Of a DNA stretch of 64,000 nt, positions 1-11,705 are shown piece by piece; the first letter of the stretch is position 1, and every line of letters starts with the position of its first letter. A program made the translations under genes and the position numbers. The notes under the pieces are model-generated. The model was given only the letters and a program-made list of their open reading frames with translations. It did not search any database and had not been told where the DNA came from. Source of the DNA: Octopus vulgaris (lineage: Eukaryota); the NCBI GenBank assembly GCA_951406725.2, contig OX597818.1, forward strand, positions 108,438,001 to 108,502,000, in the 5' to 3' direction.

Positions 1-538
1 AGAGAAAACTGCATTGGTTTGGTCATGTAATGTGTATGGATTAGGACAGCAGTGTAATGATGTGCTGATCTCTAACTGTGGAGGGAACATGTGGGAGAAG
101 TAAACATGGGACGAGGTGGTGAAATATGATCTTTGATTGTTGAGCCCCACACAGGCAATGAAAAGTGACCAAGATTTCTAATGATTTGCTGTTGTGGTCA
201 GTGACAATGACCTGTAAAAGACATTTGAGCTGGCGACAGTTAAAAGGCATCCATGATGGTGGTATGTGATAGGCACCTGTGCCGGTATTTTGGCTAAATA
301 CTTCTCTTGTCGTTGCTTTACCAGTAATATAACATCAGTAGTGCTTCTCCCTGATGTTGATACATGAAAGGCACCTGTACCAGTGACACACAAAAGGCGC
401 CTGACCCAGTGACATACAAAAGGCACCCGGTACAATCTGCAAAATGGTTGGCAAAACTTGGACTGCTCTCCAGCTTACCAGTCAAACTGTCTAACTCATG
501 CCAGTATGGAAAACAGGCGTTAAACGATGATGATGATG
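1..538 (+). mobile_element. Decayed RTE LINE 3' end with (GAT)n tail
   Basis: 1-196 resembles the C-terminus of the RTE ORF at 9077-10768 (xxLHWFGHVMCMD...TWDEVVKYDL...). 480-538 is the family tail gtcaaactgtctaactcatgccagtatggaaaacaggcgttaaacgatgatgatg. Confidence 0.8.
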
Positions 539-1182
539 CACAATGCAATTGACTCATATCCTCATCATTCATAGTAAAATCTTAGTGGGTTGTATGCCCT
601 TATATACCACAGTTTATGCTAATTACAAGGAACCTCATTCGTATGGCAAAATCAAGAGTGACAGAGCGTGAAGTAACAGAATGATGTTAAGAGAGGAAAG
701 ACAGGTGGCCAATGAGAAGAAAGGAGTAGCGACCACACACACACGCACACCTCCAGTCATATTCTGGTACATGTATACACGCTCACGCATTGCCTACAAA
801 TATATATACACAGTAGAAACGAGAAAGGAAGATGAAATAACTGCTAGGTGACATAGGCCCGGTGATAACAAGAACAACAAGAGCAATATCGACAGTTAGG
901 GGCATTTATTAGAAAGTGGGCCATGGATAGTGTAGATCTATGAACAGGCTGAGCTTTATTGTCCTCCATCGTGCACTTTGGTAATTTACCATTGAATATG
1001 TGAAAACAAACAAACATGTCTACATGTGTAGGACTTACATGGAGACCAAGCTGTGTGTGCACAGGGGTCTGTAGTAGTAACATGTGATGGCCTCGTCCCC
1101 ATGAGACATGATGGACAGAATTTCTATGCTTATATAAAGGTGTTTGCCTGTGGACAGACGTGGGGGGCAGCAGGGCATGTGT

Positions 1183-1490
1183 GTGAGCCTATGGCTGTTG
1201 GTTAGGAGTGTTCAGCTCACAATCATAAGGCTGAGAGTTCAATTCCTGGTGGCACACAGTGTCCTTGAGCAAGACTCTTTATTTCTCATTCCTCCAGTTC
1301 ACTCAGCTGGCAAAAAGGAGTTGTACCAGTATTTCAAACAGCCAGCCTTGTTAAATTCTGTCACGCTGAATCTCCCTGAGAACTGCTTCAAGAGTACACA
1401 TGTCTGTGGAGCACTCAGCCACTTGCACATTAATTTCACGAGCAGGTTGTTCCATTGATCAGATCAACAAAAGAGCCCTCATCATCATAA
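1183..1490 (+). mobile_element. tRNA-derived SINE (family A)
   Basis: A-box/B-box-like head (tggctgttggttagg...gttcaattcc), then gtccttgagcaagac. Body shared with copies at about 35960, 36510 and 46880. Confidence 0.75.
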
Positions 1491-2180
1491 CCTATGAAGT
1501 GTCTGTATGGCTGTACGTATGTGTGGGTGCATACAAGGGGATATATGCACATATGCAGGTAGATGTGTGTGCATGGACATCTGCAGGAACATGCAGGGTT
1601 GCTGCACAATGATTACAAAACAGTTAATGAACTTACCATCCTTGGAACTCAAACCATAAAACAGTCATAGAGACCAACCAATCAAATCAGTTTCTGACAT
1701 ATACCAATGACTGGTTGCATTGCAGTTGCTATTGTTGTTGTTGTTGTTGTTGTTATAATTGCTGAGCTTGTGGTGCCTTGAGGTAATTATATCCCCCCCC
1801 CTCTCTGTTGTGTTTATAAATGTGCTCTTGTGAATGTGTGTGAGTGTATATGTGTCTGCATCAATATGTATGGAGAGGGTGCATGACTACCTCTACCCTT
1901 TTCTCATCGACTCTCTATATATCTTCTTTTAACACCATTCTATTACTTCATATCTATCACCCTCTATTCTGCAATATTAACGACATTCAATGTGATTTGC
2001 ATAGCAGGAATATACTGGAGCATATATCCTACTAAGCCTTGTGTTTTACATTGAGAATGCTGAGGAAGTGAGTTAAAAATATTACACATCTGCATAATAA
2101 CGACAACCGATTTTATGAAACATGTGTATGTTTTATAACATTTAAAATACAAATTAAGTTTCTTGTCTTTAATATATACC

Positions 2181-2204
2181 AGATAGACAGATAGACAGAT
2201 AGAC

Positions 2205-2282
<78 letters not shown>

Positions 2283-2328
2283 GCAGGCAGGCAGGCAGGC
2301 AGGCAGATAGACAGACAGACAGACAGAC

Positions 2329-2408
<80 letters not shown>

Positions 2409-2410
2409 GG
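2181..2410. repeat. Compound (GATA)/(GACA)/(GGCA) microsatellite
   Basis: Directly visible tetranucleotide arrays. Confidence 0.97.
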
Positions 2411-3159
2411 ATGGGAAGATAGTGAGTGAGTGTATCTGTGTGAGTGTGCATATCTTTTTGTGTGTGTTTCTCTGTGCCCATGTGTATGTTTCTCAATATG
2501 ATGTATTACCATTGGTTAAAACAACAATGGTAATTTAGGCAATCGACAAAATATAGATTGCTAGAATTTATACAAAACTGAAATAGATGTTATGACTGAC
2601 TAAAAACCCTGAAGCCGATGCCCCAGGATGCTTCGAGTTGAATATCTGGAAACAGAGGAGAGAACAATGTGTGGAGAGAGAAAATATAGACACAGAGAAA
2701 TGTATGAATGTAAATATATGTATGTACGAAAGTGAATAGAAAACAATTTTTATGCTGTATATGTGATTATGTGCATAAAAAATAAACAAAAGATATAGAT
2801 GTGTGTGTATATATGTGTAGATGTGTGTGCATGTATGTGTATATGTGAATATATGAATAAAGCCATCAGTTTTTACATACAGATAAAAAGTGTAAACAGA
2901 CAGGTTTCTATAGACATACACACATAAAAAACTATAGCACACAGATACACACACACACATGTGCACATACACGCACACACACACACACACACACGTGCAC
3001 ATACATGCACACACACACACACGTGCATGCACAATTACACCCAATTTTGGAGTTTCATCCTATATATTTCAATTTGTACCAAAAACAGAAAATTATATTA
3101 TTCCATTATTTCTCAACCCAAGACGCAGTTCTCAAGCTAATGAGAAGGTTAGTGTGAAA

Positions 3160-3477
<318 letters not shown>

Positions 3478-3884
3478 CGAATGCGTAATATTCCAAGTTT
3501 AAGATGGGAATAACATTATATATTTTCTTCAATCCATTGGGATTGTGTTTGACAAGAAGTCACCTCAAATCAAAAAGCAAATTTAAACCTAGCTTATCCT
3601 CTAATCTAAATAGAAATATAAAAATAAGGAAAAAGAAAATAATTGAAAGAAATTTGAATAGAAATTCTATTCTCGAAGAGAATATTTTCGGTATCAATAT
3701 CATAAAGTTGCACCAAATATGTTTATCCTCCTTTAGCTGGAGATATCGTGTGTCTAGTTTGATCAACATAATCTATTTTAGCTGAGACTACCTTAGGATT
3801 TCCTGATGAAAAGCATAATTCACTTCCAGTTTAATATTCTATCCATGCATCTACTTTGTAAATACATCAGAGCTATCTTCTGGC

Positions 3885-3915
<31 letters not shown>

Positions 3916-4024
3916 GCATATAGTTCCAGTATTGTTGGGATCAACAAAACTAATAGCAGCTCACATTTAAATCCTGAGTGTATTAAATGATATTATTTAT
4001 ATATATATATATAGACACACATAT

Positions 4025-4071
<47 letters not shown>

Positions 4072-4407
4072 AGGCATAATTTAGAGGTGTTAAGCCCTCT
4101 AAGGGATAGAGCTATCCAGAGGCACTCCTGGTAATTACCTCAGTAAGTATGGTCTTTGGTATAAGGTAAACGGCAGCAGGTAATTTAGAAAGATAAACCG
4201 TAGTTTAATGTATATATATATGTAGACGATCAGAAAATGGAGGGAAAGCAACAAATAGAAGTGTGTCTGTGGTGTGAAATGCCATTATTTAATTAGTTAA
4301 TCAAGGTGAAGGTAAGAGTGAGTTTACAGCTGTTTTGGTGTACCATGAAGAGGTAAATATGTATTTCCTTCATTGCAAATGGTAAACGTCATCAGAACGA
4401 AGAAGGC

Positions 4408-5050
4408 AATCAAACCATCCAACCCATGCCAGCATGGAAAGTAAATGTTAAATGACGATGATGATGATGGTGATGATATATATATATATATATCATCATC
4501 GTCGTCGTCGTTGTTGTTCAATATTCGCTTTCCATGCTGGCATTACTTGGATGGTTTGACTGAAAACTGGCAAGCCAGGAAGCTGCACCAGGCTCCAATC
4601 TGATTAGACAAGGTTTCTACAGCTGGATGCCCTTCCTAATGCCAACCACTCCAAGAGTGTTATGGGTGCTTTTATGTTCTATCAGCATGGGAGCCAGTCA
4701 GGCGGCACTGCTATTAGCCATGCTTGAATGGTGCTTTTTACATGCCACTGGCATGGGTGCCAGTCAGACAACATTGGCATTGGCCACGCTCAAATGGTAC
4801 ATTTAATGTGCCACCAGCTTGAGTGCCAGTCAGATGGCACTGGCATCAGCCACACTTGAATAGTGCTCTGTATATGCCACCGGCACAGTTGCCAGTCAGG
4901 CAGCACTGTCATCAGCCAGAGACTGCGATTTCACTCTGTTCAACAGGCCTTCACAAGCAGGGTCAGTTATGACTTCCACTTGCCAGTCCTAAGTCAAACC
5001 GTCCAACCCATGCCAGCTTGGAAAACGGACGTTAAACGATGATGATGATG
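4408..5050. mobile_element. Cluster of RTE-type 3' tails (+, -, +); the minus copy carries a ~64-bp minisatellite
   Basis: Plus tails caaaccatccaacccatgccagcatggaaa...gatgatgat at 4408-4470 and 4985-5050. Reverse-complement tail at 4492-4960 with about 4 units of ggtgcttttYacatgccaccggca...gccagtcag. Confidence 0.8.
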
Positions 5051-5196
5051 ATATATACTTGTATGTGCATATGCAATTATATATACATATCCACACACAT
5101 ATACATGCATTTAAAAGTGTGCAAGTGTGTTGCAACAAATAGTACAGACTTAAATGAGAAGATGAAGAAAAAGAAGGAGGAGGGGGATTGGGATGG

Positions 5197-5267
5197 GGAG
5201 GAGGAGGAGGAGGAGGAGGAGGAAGAAGAAGAAGAAGAAGAAGAAGAAGAAGAAGAAGAAGAAGAAG

Positions 5268-5297
<30 letters not shown>
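5197..5297. repeat. (GAG)n(GAA)n trinucleotide repeat
   Basis: Directly visible. Confidence 0.97.
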
Positions 5298-5298
<1 letters not shown>

Positions 5299-5998
5299 GA
5301 TTATTAGTTTCTAGTAGAGAGGAGTATGATGTATAATTATTTATTTTTGCTGAAAGTTAAACTCTTCTCCAAAAATCTATCATTTCACCTTATAAATCAA
5401 GAAAGCAACATGACAGAAATTTCTAATGCATAGAATTTCAGAGATATGAAGAGAAACCTCAAATGTATGCTGAGATGAGTTATAATTTTTTGGAAGCTGC
5501 CATGCTTTATCATTGCCCTCATCATCATCCTCATCATCATCATCATAGGATGTCTATCTTCCATGCTGGCATGACTTGCACAATTCAACAAGTCAGAGGT
5601 TAGTGCCGTTCTCCCATCTCTGCCCTGGAATCAGTTCTACAGTTGGATGCCGTTCCTAATGTCAACCACTTTACAAAAAATATTTTGGGTATTCTTATTT
5701 GTGGCACCAGCACCAGAGGGTTTGCCTTATAGCTTGCAAGACAAAGGTCCCTCTCAGCTTTAAGTAGGACCACAGTAGAAAGGAAGGCAGCTTTGTATTA
5801 GGATTTGACAGGTTAAATTATGGTAGGAGTATGAAATGTTTCTTACAGCAGAGAAGCTACGTAGCCACCCTACATTATATAAGGGTGTGTGGGTGTAATT
5901 AAGATGGAGCTAAAAAGAGAAGTAAAGAGGGTAGCAGTGAGGTGCAAGAAGATGAATAGAAGAGGGTTCAGCTTGAATATTAAAGATGGAAATTATTA

Positions 5999-6200
5999 AT
6001 GTTGGCTTCAAATTTTGGCACAAGGCCAGCAATTTCAGGGAGTGAATTAAGTCAATTAGATCAACACCAATACGTAACTGGTACTTATTTTATTGACACT
6101 GAGAAGATGAAAGGCAAAGTCAGCCTCGACAGAATTTGTACTCAGAACATAAAGACAGACAAAATGCCACCAGCATGCAAATGATTCTGCCAGCACCACT
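5999..6200 (-). mobile_element. SINE family B, decayed
   Basis: Reverse complement of the shared core ctttgcctttcatcctttcggggtcgataaa...taccagt seen at 32604 and 47305. Confidence 0.7.
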
Positions 6201-6846
6201 GCCTTTCAGAGAATTACAGAGAAAAATGCATAACATTAATGTTATTAAAACAAATTTTTAGAGAAGGAACAACAATGCAAACAGCAGCGGAGGGGGGATG
6301 GGGGGATTGCATTCCTGATTATTGATGGAGATGTAGAAATTATGACATGTTTGTTGAGTGTTACTGGGGTAATTAAAAATGTCAGGATATTTAAAAAGAC
6401 TTTAAAACACTTTAAAATTGAGATGATAGAAAAGAACGTCTAGATTTGAAGTAATATGAGCTGCGTAAATTAAACATATTTTGATCCTTATTTTATACGG
6501 CTTTTGCTTAAATGGTTTTGTTTATGATTGTTAAGTCTACAAATATAAACTGTGTAAATAATTACTTGAATTATGTCGAGAGAGAAAATATGACAAGGGA
6601 AAATGATATTGTATAAAATATTTAATTGTAGAACTTCAGAGAAAGTATACAGTAATAAATAAAAATGATAGTGTATATATAATATCCAGGTGGATTATCA
6701 AAAAGAAATTGGTTTAATGAAGTAGAAGAGGAAATAAGGTGTAAGTTGGGTGTTGAGGGTTATAAGTATAATATCATATAAATCAAATTAAAATGAAAGA
6801 AGGATTTAATTATAACAAGTAAAAGAGAGTATATATATATATGAAG

Positions 6847-7230
6847 CTAGTTCAATATATATGCAAAGTTAGTTCAGTAAGGCCTACATGACATAGGAAA
6901 ATTTATATTGGGAGTACTATTGTTTTTAAAAATAGATATAGGGGACACAAGAATTCATTTATTCACTGAAATATAAAAAATTCCATGACATTAGCATCAT
7001 ACATTAATCACCTCAAAGAGTCTAACATTGAGTATAATTTAAGGTGGTCAATAATTACTGAATCAACACCATATAACACACATACCAAATCTTGTAGGCT
7101 TTGCATAAAGGAATCAAGCAGCATACTATACACTAGTAAAAGAAATAAAAACATTATTAAATAAAATTCCAGACATTTTAATATGTTGGAAGCATAAATA
7201 TTTTATCAACTTGAAAATTTTCTTTAAACT
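6847..7230 (+). pseudogene. Penelope-like element GIY-YIG endonuclease relic
   Basis: Manual translation: LVQYICKV...KIYIGSTIVFKNRYRGHKNSF..*...MTLASYINHLK...WSII...YNTHTKSCRLCIKE. Shows YIG, FKxRYxxHxxSF and CxLCxxE motifs typical of PLE endonucleases; has in-frame stops. Confidence 0.8.
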
Positions 7231-7592
7231 TAAAAATAAATTTTTTTTTTTTTGAAAATATGATCTGGATTAGATCCAATGAACACTTATATACAAATGT
7301 TTAATGTTAAATCATTTCTTTGTTATAGTAGTATGGATGAAGAAATATGAGTAGAAAATGGCATATTCCCATAGACTATTATTTGTATGATTAAGTAAAA
7401 GTTCACCTGTCAATCATTGTCATTTCTTATTTAAGCCTGTTTTTTATTTTGCCATTTAGACTAAAAAATCACTCAAAAGCTGTGCTTTTTACCAACTGAA
7501 CTGTCACCAATTACTGCCTTACTGGATTCTACCTTGAGAAAGGAACCCTGGGGAAGGAAATGTTTTTATACAGTGAACCACTTAAAACGTTT

Positions 7593-8092
7593 CTGAAACA
7601 GCCACAGGTTTGCAGTAATATTTTCAATTGCCTCTTCTAATTTATTGTCTCCCTTAATGATATCCCTTATTTATTTTCTGTATTTTAGGTTTTTCTATTT
7701 TATGTTTGATCTTTGATATTTATGTTTCTGTTTCTATATTGTTATCATGAAACTTAATATAAATATGGGAATACTGGAATGGAATGATACGTCATGTCTT
7801 ACATGTGAATTCTGAATTTGCTAGTGTGAATGTTTTAAGACAAACATCTGAAACAGCCACAGGATTGCCCTAATACTTTGAATGGCTTCTTTTAATTTAT
7901 TGTCTCCCTTAATGATATCCCTTATATATTTTCTGTATCTTAGGTTTTACTTTTTCATGTTGTTATATTTGATTTTTCTGCTTCTGTTTCTATATACATA
8001 TGATGAAAATATGTGGATATTTAAATGGAATAATAGCTCCTGTCTTGCATGTGAATTGTGAATGCACTTGCCTGAATGTTTTAAGACACACA
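7593..8092 (+). repeat. Two tandem ~250-bp units, probable Penelope pseudo-LTRs
   Basis: Units start ctgaaacagccacagg at 7593 and 7848, share taatttattgtctcccttaatgatatcccttat and end tgaatgttttaagaca. They lie downstream of the GIY-YIG relic. Confidence 0.7.
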
Positions 8093-8599
8093 AACACATT
8101 GGATGATAATGGTTGCAATGTCTTTGATGACAAGAGCAACTAAGCGGATAAGTTGATGTTGTGGTGTTTCCAGTATAGATTTTTGGCAAAGTTGTTCTGT
8201 CTGTTCTAAATGTAGGACATCTGATTAACAAGTCTTAAGAGTTAGACAAAATGCACCCAGCAGTTACTCTGCGTGTGCATGTGTGTGTGTGTGTGTGTGC
8301 AATTGATGGCTGTGTCTGTTGTGTACTTTGATTTGAGTATATTTATATATATATATATGTATATATTTAATGCATATACACAAATATATATCTAAATATA
8401 CATATATATACACACACATGCATTTGATATGGTGATTATATAAAGAGGGACAACTGTAAATATATGAGCATAACAGTGTAGTTATGCAATGAAGGAGGAG
8501 TGAATATCTAAAAATAACAGCAATAGGAAAGACTGGTCTTTATTAATGGTAAAGATTGTATCTGGGTATAATGGCTATTTGTTAAGATATAGCCTTTAT

Positions 8600-8842
8600 T
8601 TGAATTTATTGAATGTATTTATGTTAGAGTGAAAGCATTCAGACTGTCAGCTCAAAAATAGTTTTTTTGGCAATGGTTTCATAACTTTCTTTTGTACAAA
8701 GATTGCATGGTTTTTATGTTGGCAGTGTAGGAGTTTGTTAAGAATAGTATCTTGTATTTTAATTTATAGTTTTATGTTATACATTCTTAAGTTTCACATA
8801 AATTATGTCAGTACTGTATCAGTCCATTGTTGCAAAAGACTG
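8600..8842 (-). pseudogene. Penelope-like GIY-YIG relic interrupted by the RTE LINE
   Basis: Minus strand reads SFAT... and KPCNLCTKE (CxLCxxE). FKFKYYNH lies just beyond the RTE 5' end at about 10886-10910. Confidence 0.5.
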
Positions 8843-10888
8843 TCATCATCATCGTTTAACGTCCGCTTTCCGCGCTAGCACGGGTTGGACGGTTTGACCG
8901 GGTCTGGGAAGCCAGGGGCCGCTCCAGGCTCCAGTCTGAATCTGGCAGAGTTTCTACGGCTGGATGCCCTTCCTAACGCCAACCACTCCGTGAGTGGATT
9001 GGGTGCTTTTACGTGCCACCTGCACAGGGGCCGGAGGGTCCGGCATCGTCACGATCGGTTCGAGCATTTTAACGTGTCAGCGGCACGGGGGCAACGAGGT
9101 CCGGGGTACTTTGGGGATCGGGGTACTTTGGGGATCCAGGGTACTTTGGGGATCCGGGGTACTTAGAATGGGTAGGGGGTATGTGGAATTGCTGCAGAAA
9201 GCAGCCCGGGTCTTTGTAGTCACAGCATATCTCCAGAGATCTCGGTCCTTCGCCATTGCCTCAGTGAGGCCCAATGCTCTGAGGTCATGCTTGACCACCT
9301 CATCCCATGTCTTCCTGGGTCTACCTCTCTCCCTGATACCTTCAACTGTTTGGGAGTGGCACTTCTTCACACATCTCTCTTCATCCATCCGCAGCACATG
9401 ACCATACCATCGCAAGCGTCGCTCTTGCACACCACATCTGATGCTTCTTATATCCAGCATTTCTCTCAGGATACTTACACTCTGTTTTGCGTGCACACTG
9501 ACACTACACATCCAGCGGATCATGCTAGCTTCATTTCTTTCAAGTCTACGCATGTCTTCTGCAGTCACAGCCCATGTTTCATTACCGTGAAGCATGGCAG
9601 TTCGCACACATGCATCATACAATCTACCTTTTGCTCTGAGGGAGAGACCTTTTGTTGCCAGTAGGAGTAGGAGCTTTCTGAACTTTGCCCAGGCTATTCG
9701 TATTCTAGTGGTGATACTCTCTGTGCATCCACCTCCGCTACTAACTTGGTCACCCAGGTAGCGGAAACTATCAACTACTTCTAGTTTCTCTCCCTGGAGT
9801 GTGATGGAATCTGTTTTCTGAGTGTCTGTTGTGTCTATTGTCCCTGTGCATCTGCCGCACATGAAAGCTATCTTATCTGTTAATTTCCCTTTAATGTTGC
9901 TGCACCTCTTATGTGTCCATAACTTACATTGGGTGCATCTTATGGAGTTTCTACCTGTACCTTTCCTACAGGTTGAGCAGGGCCACCTACCCGAGGGGAT
10001 GTGTGCTGAGTACCTCTTGCTGCTTACTAATACTTTGGTCTTTGCTACATTTATTCTAAGGCCCTTTGATTCCAACCCTTGCTTCCACACCCGAAATTTC
10101 TCTTCTAGTTCCGGTAGTGATTCTGCTATGAGAGCTAGGTCATCGGCATAGAGGAGCTCCCAAGGGCATCCCGTTTTGAATTCCTCTGTTATTGCCTGAA
10201 GGACTATGATGAATAAAAGGGGACTGAGGGCTGAGCCCTGGTGCACACCTACTTCTACCCGGAATTCTTCACTATATTCGTTGCCAATCCTAACCTTGCT
10301 GACAGCCTCTCTGTATAGAGCCTGTACAGCCCTTATTAGCCATTCTTCAATCTCCAGTTTCCGCATCGACCACCAGATAAGGGAACGGGGAACCCTGTCA
10401 AAGGCTTTCTCCAAGTCTACAAAAGCTATGTAGAGGGGTTTATCTTTAGCTAGGTACTTCTCCTGCAGTTGTCGGACCAGGAATATAGCATCAGTGGTGC
10501 TTCTACCTGGTACAAAACCGAACTGCATTTCATCTAAACAAATTCTCTCCCTAATGAGATTGGTTATGACCTTCTCTGAGACCTTCATCACCTGGTCCAA
10601 CAGTTTGATACCTCTGTAGTTATTTCTATCTAGAGCATCACCCTTACCCTTGTAGCAGTTGACTATGGTGCTGCTGCACCAGTCATTGGGTATGACTCCA
10701 TTGTGAACTACCTGGTTTACAATGCGGGTGACTATGGCATAGCCCACATAGCCAGCTGTTTTAAGCATCTCAGCAGTGATTCCTGATAGGCCAGGGGCTT
10801 TGCCTGGTTTCGTATCCTTAATTGCCTTATCTACGAGGGAGCTGTCTATTCGGGTAGCTGGTCCCTCTACTGGGTCAACATTTGGGTG
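8843..10888 (-). mobile_element. 5'-truncated young RTE-clade LINE
   Basis: Uninterrupted RT frame, 3'UTR shared with the dispersed tails, (GAT)n terminus at 8843-8852, CpGs retained; no APE domain present. Confidence 0.95.
9077..10886 (-). CDS. RTE LINE ORF fragment: reverse transcriptase, PHD-like finger and C-terminal RRLRWYGHV domain
   Basis: Motifs KGKGD..NYRGIKLL, QFGFVPGRSTTDAIF, FVDLEKAFDRVPR, GVHQGSALSPLLF, LLYADDL, FRYLG, RRLRWYGHV, GRPRKTW. The frame stays open upstream of the ATG at 10768 (…KPGKAPGLSGITAEM). Confidence 0.95.
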
Positions 10889-11008
10889 GTTATAATATTT
10901 AAATTTGAATCAATTAACAGAGGGACACAGACATGTTTGTCATTGTCGTCATCTAGCATACATTTTCCAGCTTAACAGGAACTGACAAGTCAAAAAATGA
11001 CACCGTTA

Positions 11009-11335
11009 TCTCTATATATATAAACGGCAAAATGTCTGTCTGTGTGTGTGTGTGTGTGTGTGTGTATCCTTTATACAAATCCACAACTTTTCAGTTAGAG
11101 GGCTCGCACTTTATATGGTCATTCAAAACCGTCCAAGAGTGGTCGTGCACATCTTTACATTTCCCCAGTCACCCTACAAAGCCATTAAAAAATCAATAGA
11201 AGTGACTTTTTTGTGAACTTTCTATCCAAAACCCAATCAAAATCCTCGAAACTTGATACACCAATTGAATGCCAGTTAGCTGGATGTGATTGGTTGGAGA
11301 TTTGGACAGTACTCATTGCCGGGTCATAGTGCTAG
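11009..11335 (+). mobile_element. Non-autonomous Helitron
   Basis: Starts TCTCTATATATATAAA after an A and ends gccgggtcatagtgCTAG before a T (A|TC...CTAG|T, no TSD). Internal (TG)n near the 5' end. Confidence 0.7.
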
Positions 11336-11344
11336 TCTATAATA

Positions 11345-11705
11345 TTCTTTATCTTTTACTTCAGTAATTAGACTGCAGCCATACTGAGGCACCGTCTTGA
11401 AGAATCTTTAGTCAAATCAATTTTAAGGTTTGGTACTTATTCTATCAGGTCTTTTGCTGAACCACTAAGTTTAGGGGGGAAGTTAGCATGCCAACACTTG
11501 TTGCCTAGCAGTGGGGGGGGAGCAAGCACACACATATAACAGTCTTCTTGCAGTTTCCTTCTACTAAATCCACTCACAATGCTTTCAGCAGACCAAGGCT
11601 ATAATAAAAAAAACATTTATCCAAGTTGTCACACAGAGAGACTGAACCCAGAACCATATGATTGGAGAAGCAAGCTTCTTACCACACAGCCATGCCCACA
11701 CCTAT
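11345..11705 (-). mobile_element. tRNA-derived SINE (family D)
   Basis: Minus-strand head gcatggctgtgtggtaagaagcttgct...gggttcagtc, shared with 33285, 39633 and 49650. Confidence 0.7.

Noticed and set aside
3800-3830. CTGATGA motif
   Set aside because: No downstream hairpin-GAAA arrangement.
4660-4920. Repeat-spacer appearance resembling a CRISPR array (also 16575, 41080, 22995)
   Set aside because: Whole units are homologous (no unique spacers), they lie inside RTE tails, the context is eukaryotic, and there are no cas genes.
5039-5314. Poly-Glu ORF
   Set aside because: (GAA)n microsatellite.
8885-10433. Plus-strand ORFs overlapping the RTE
   Set aside because: Antisense shadows of the RT frame.
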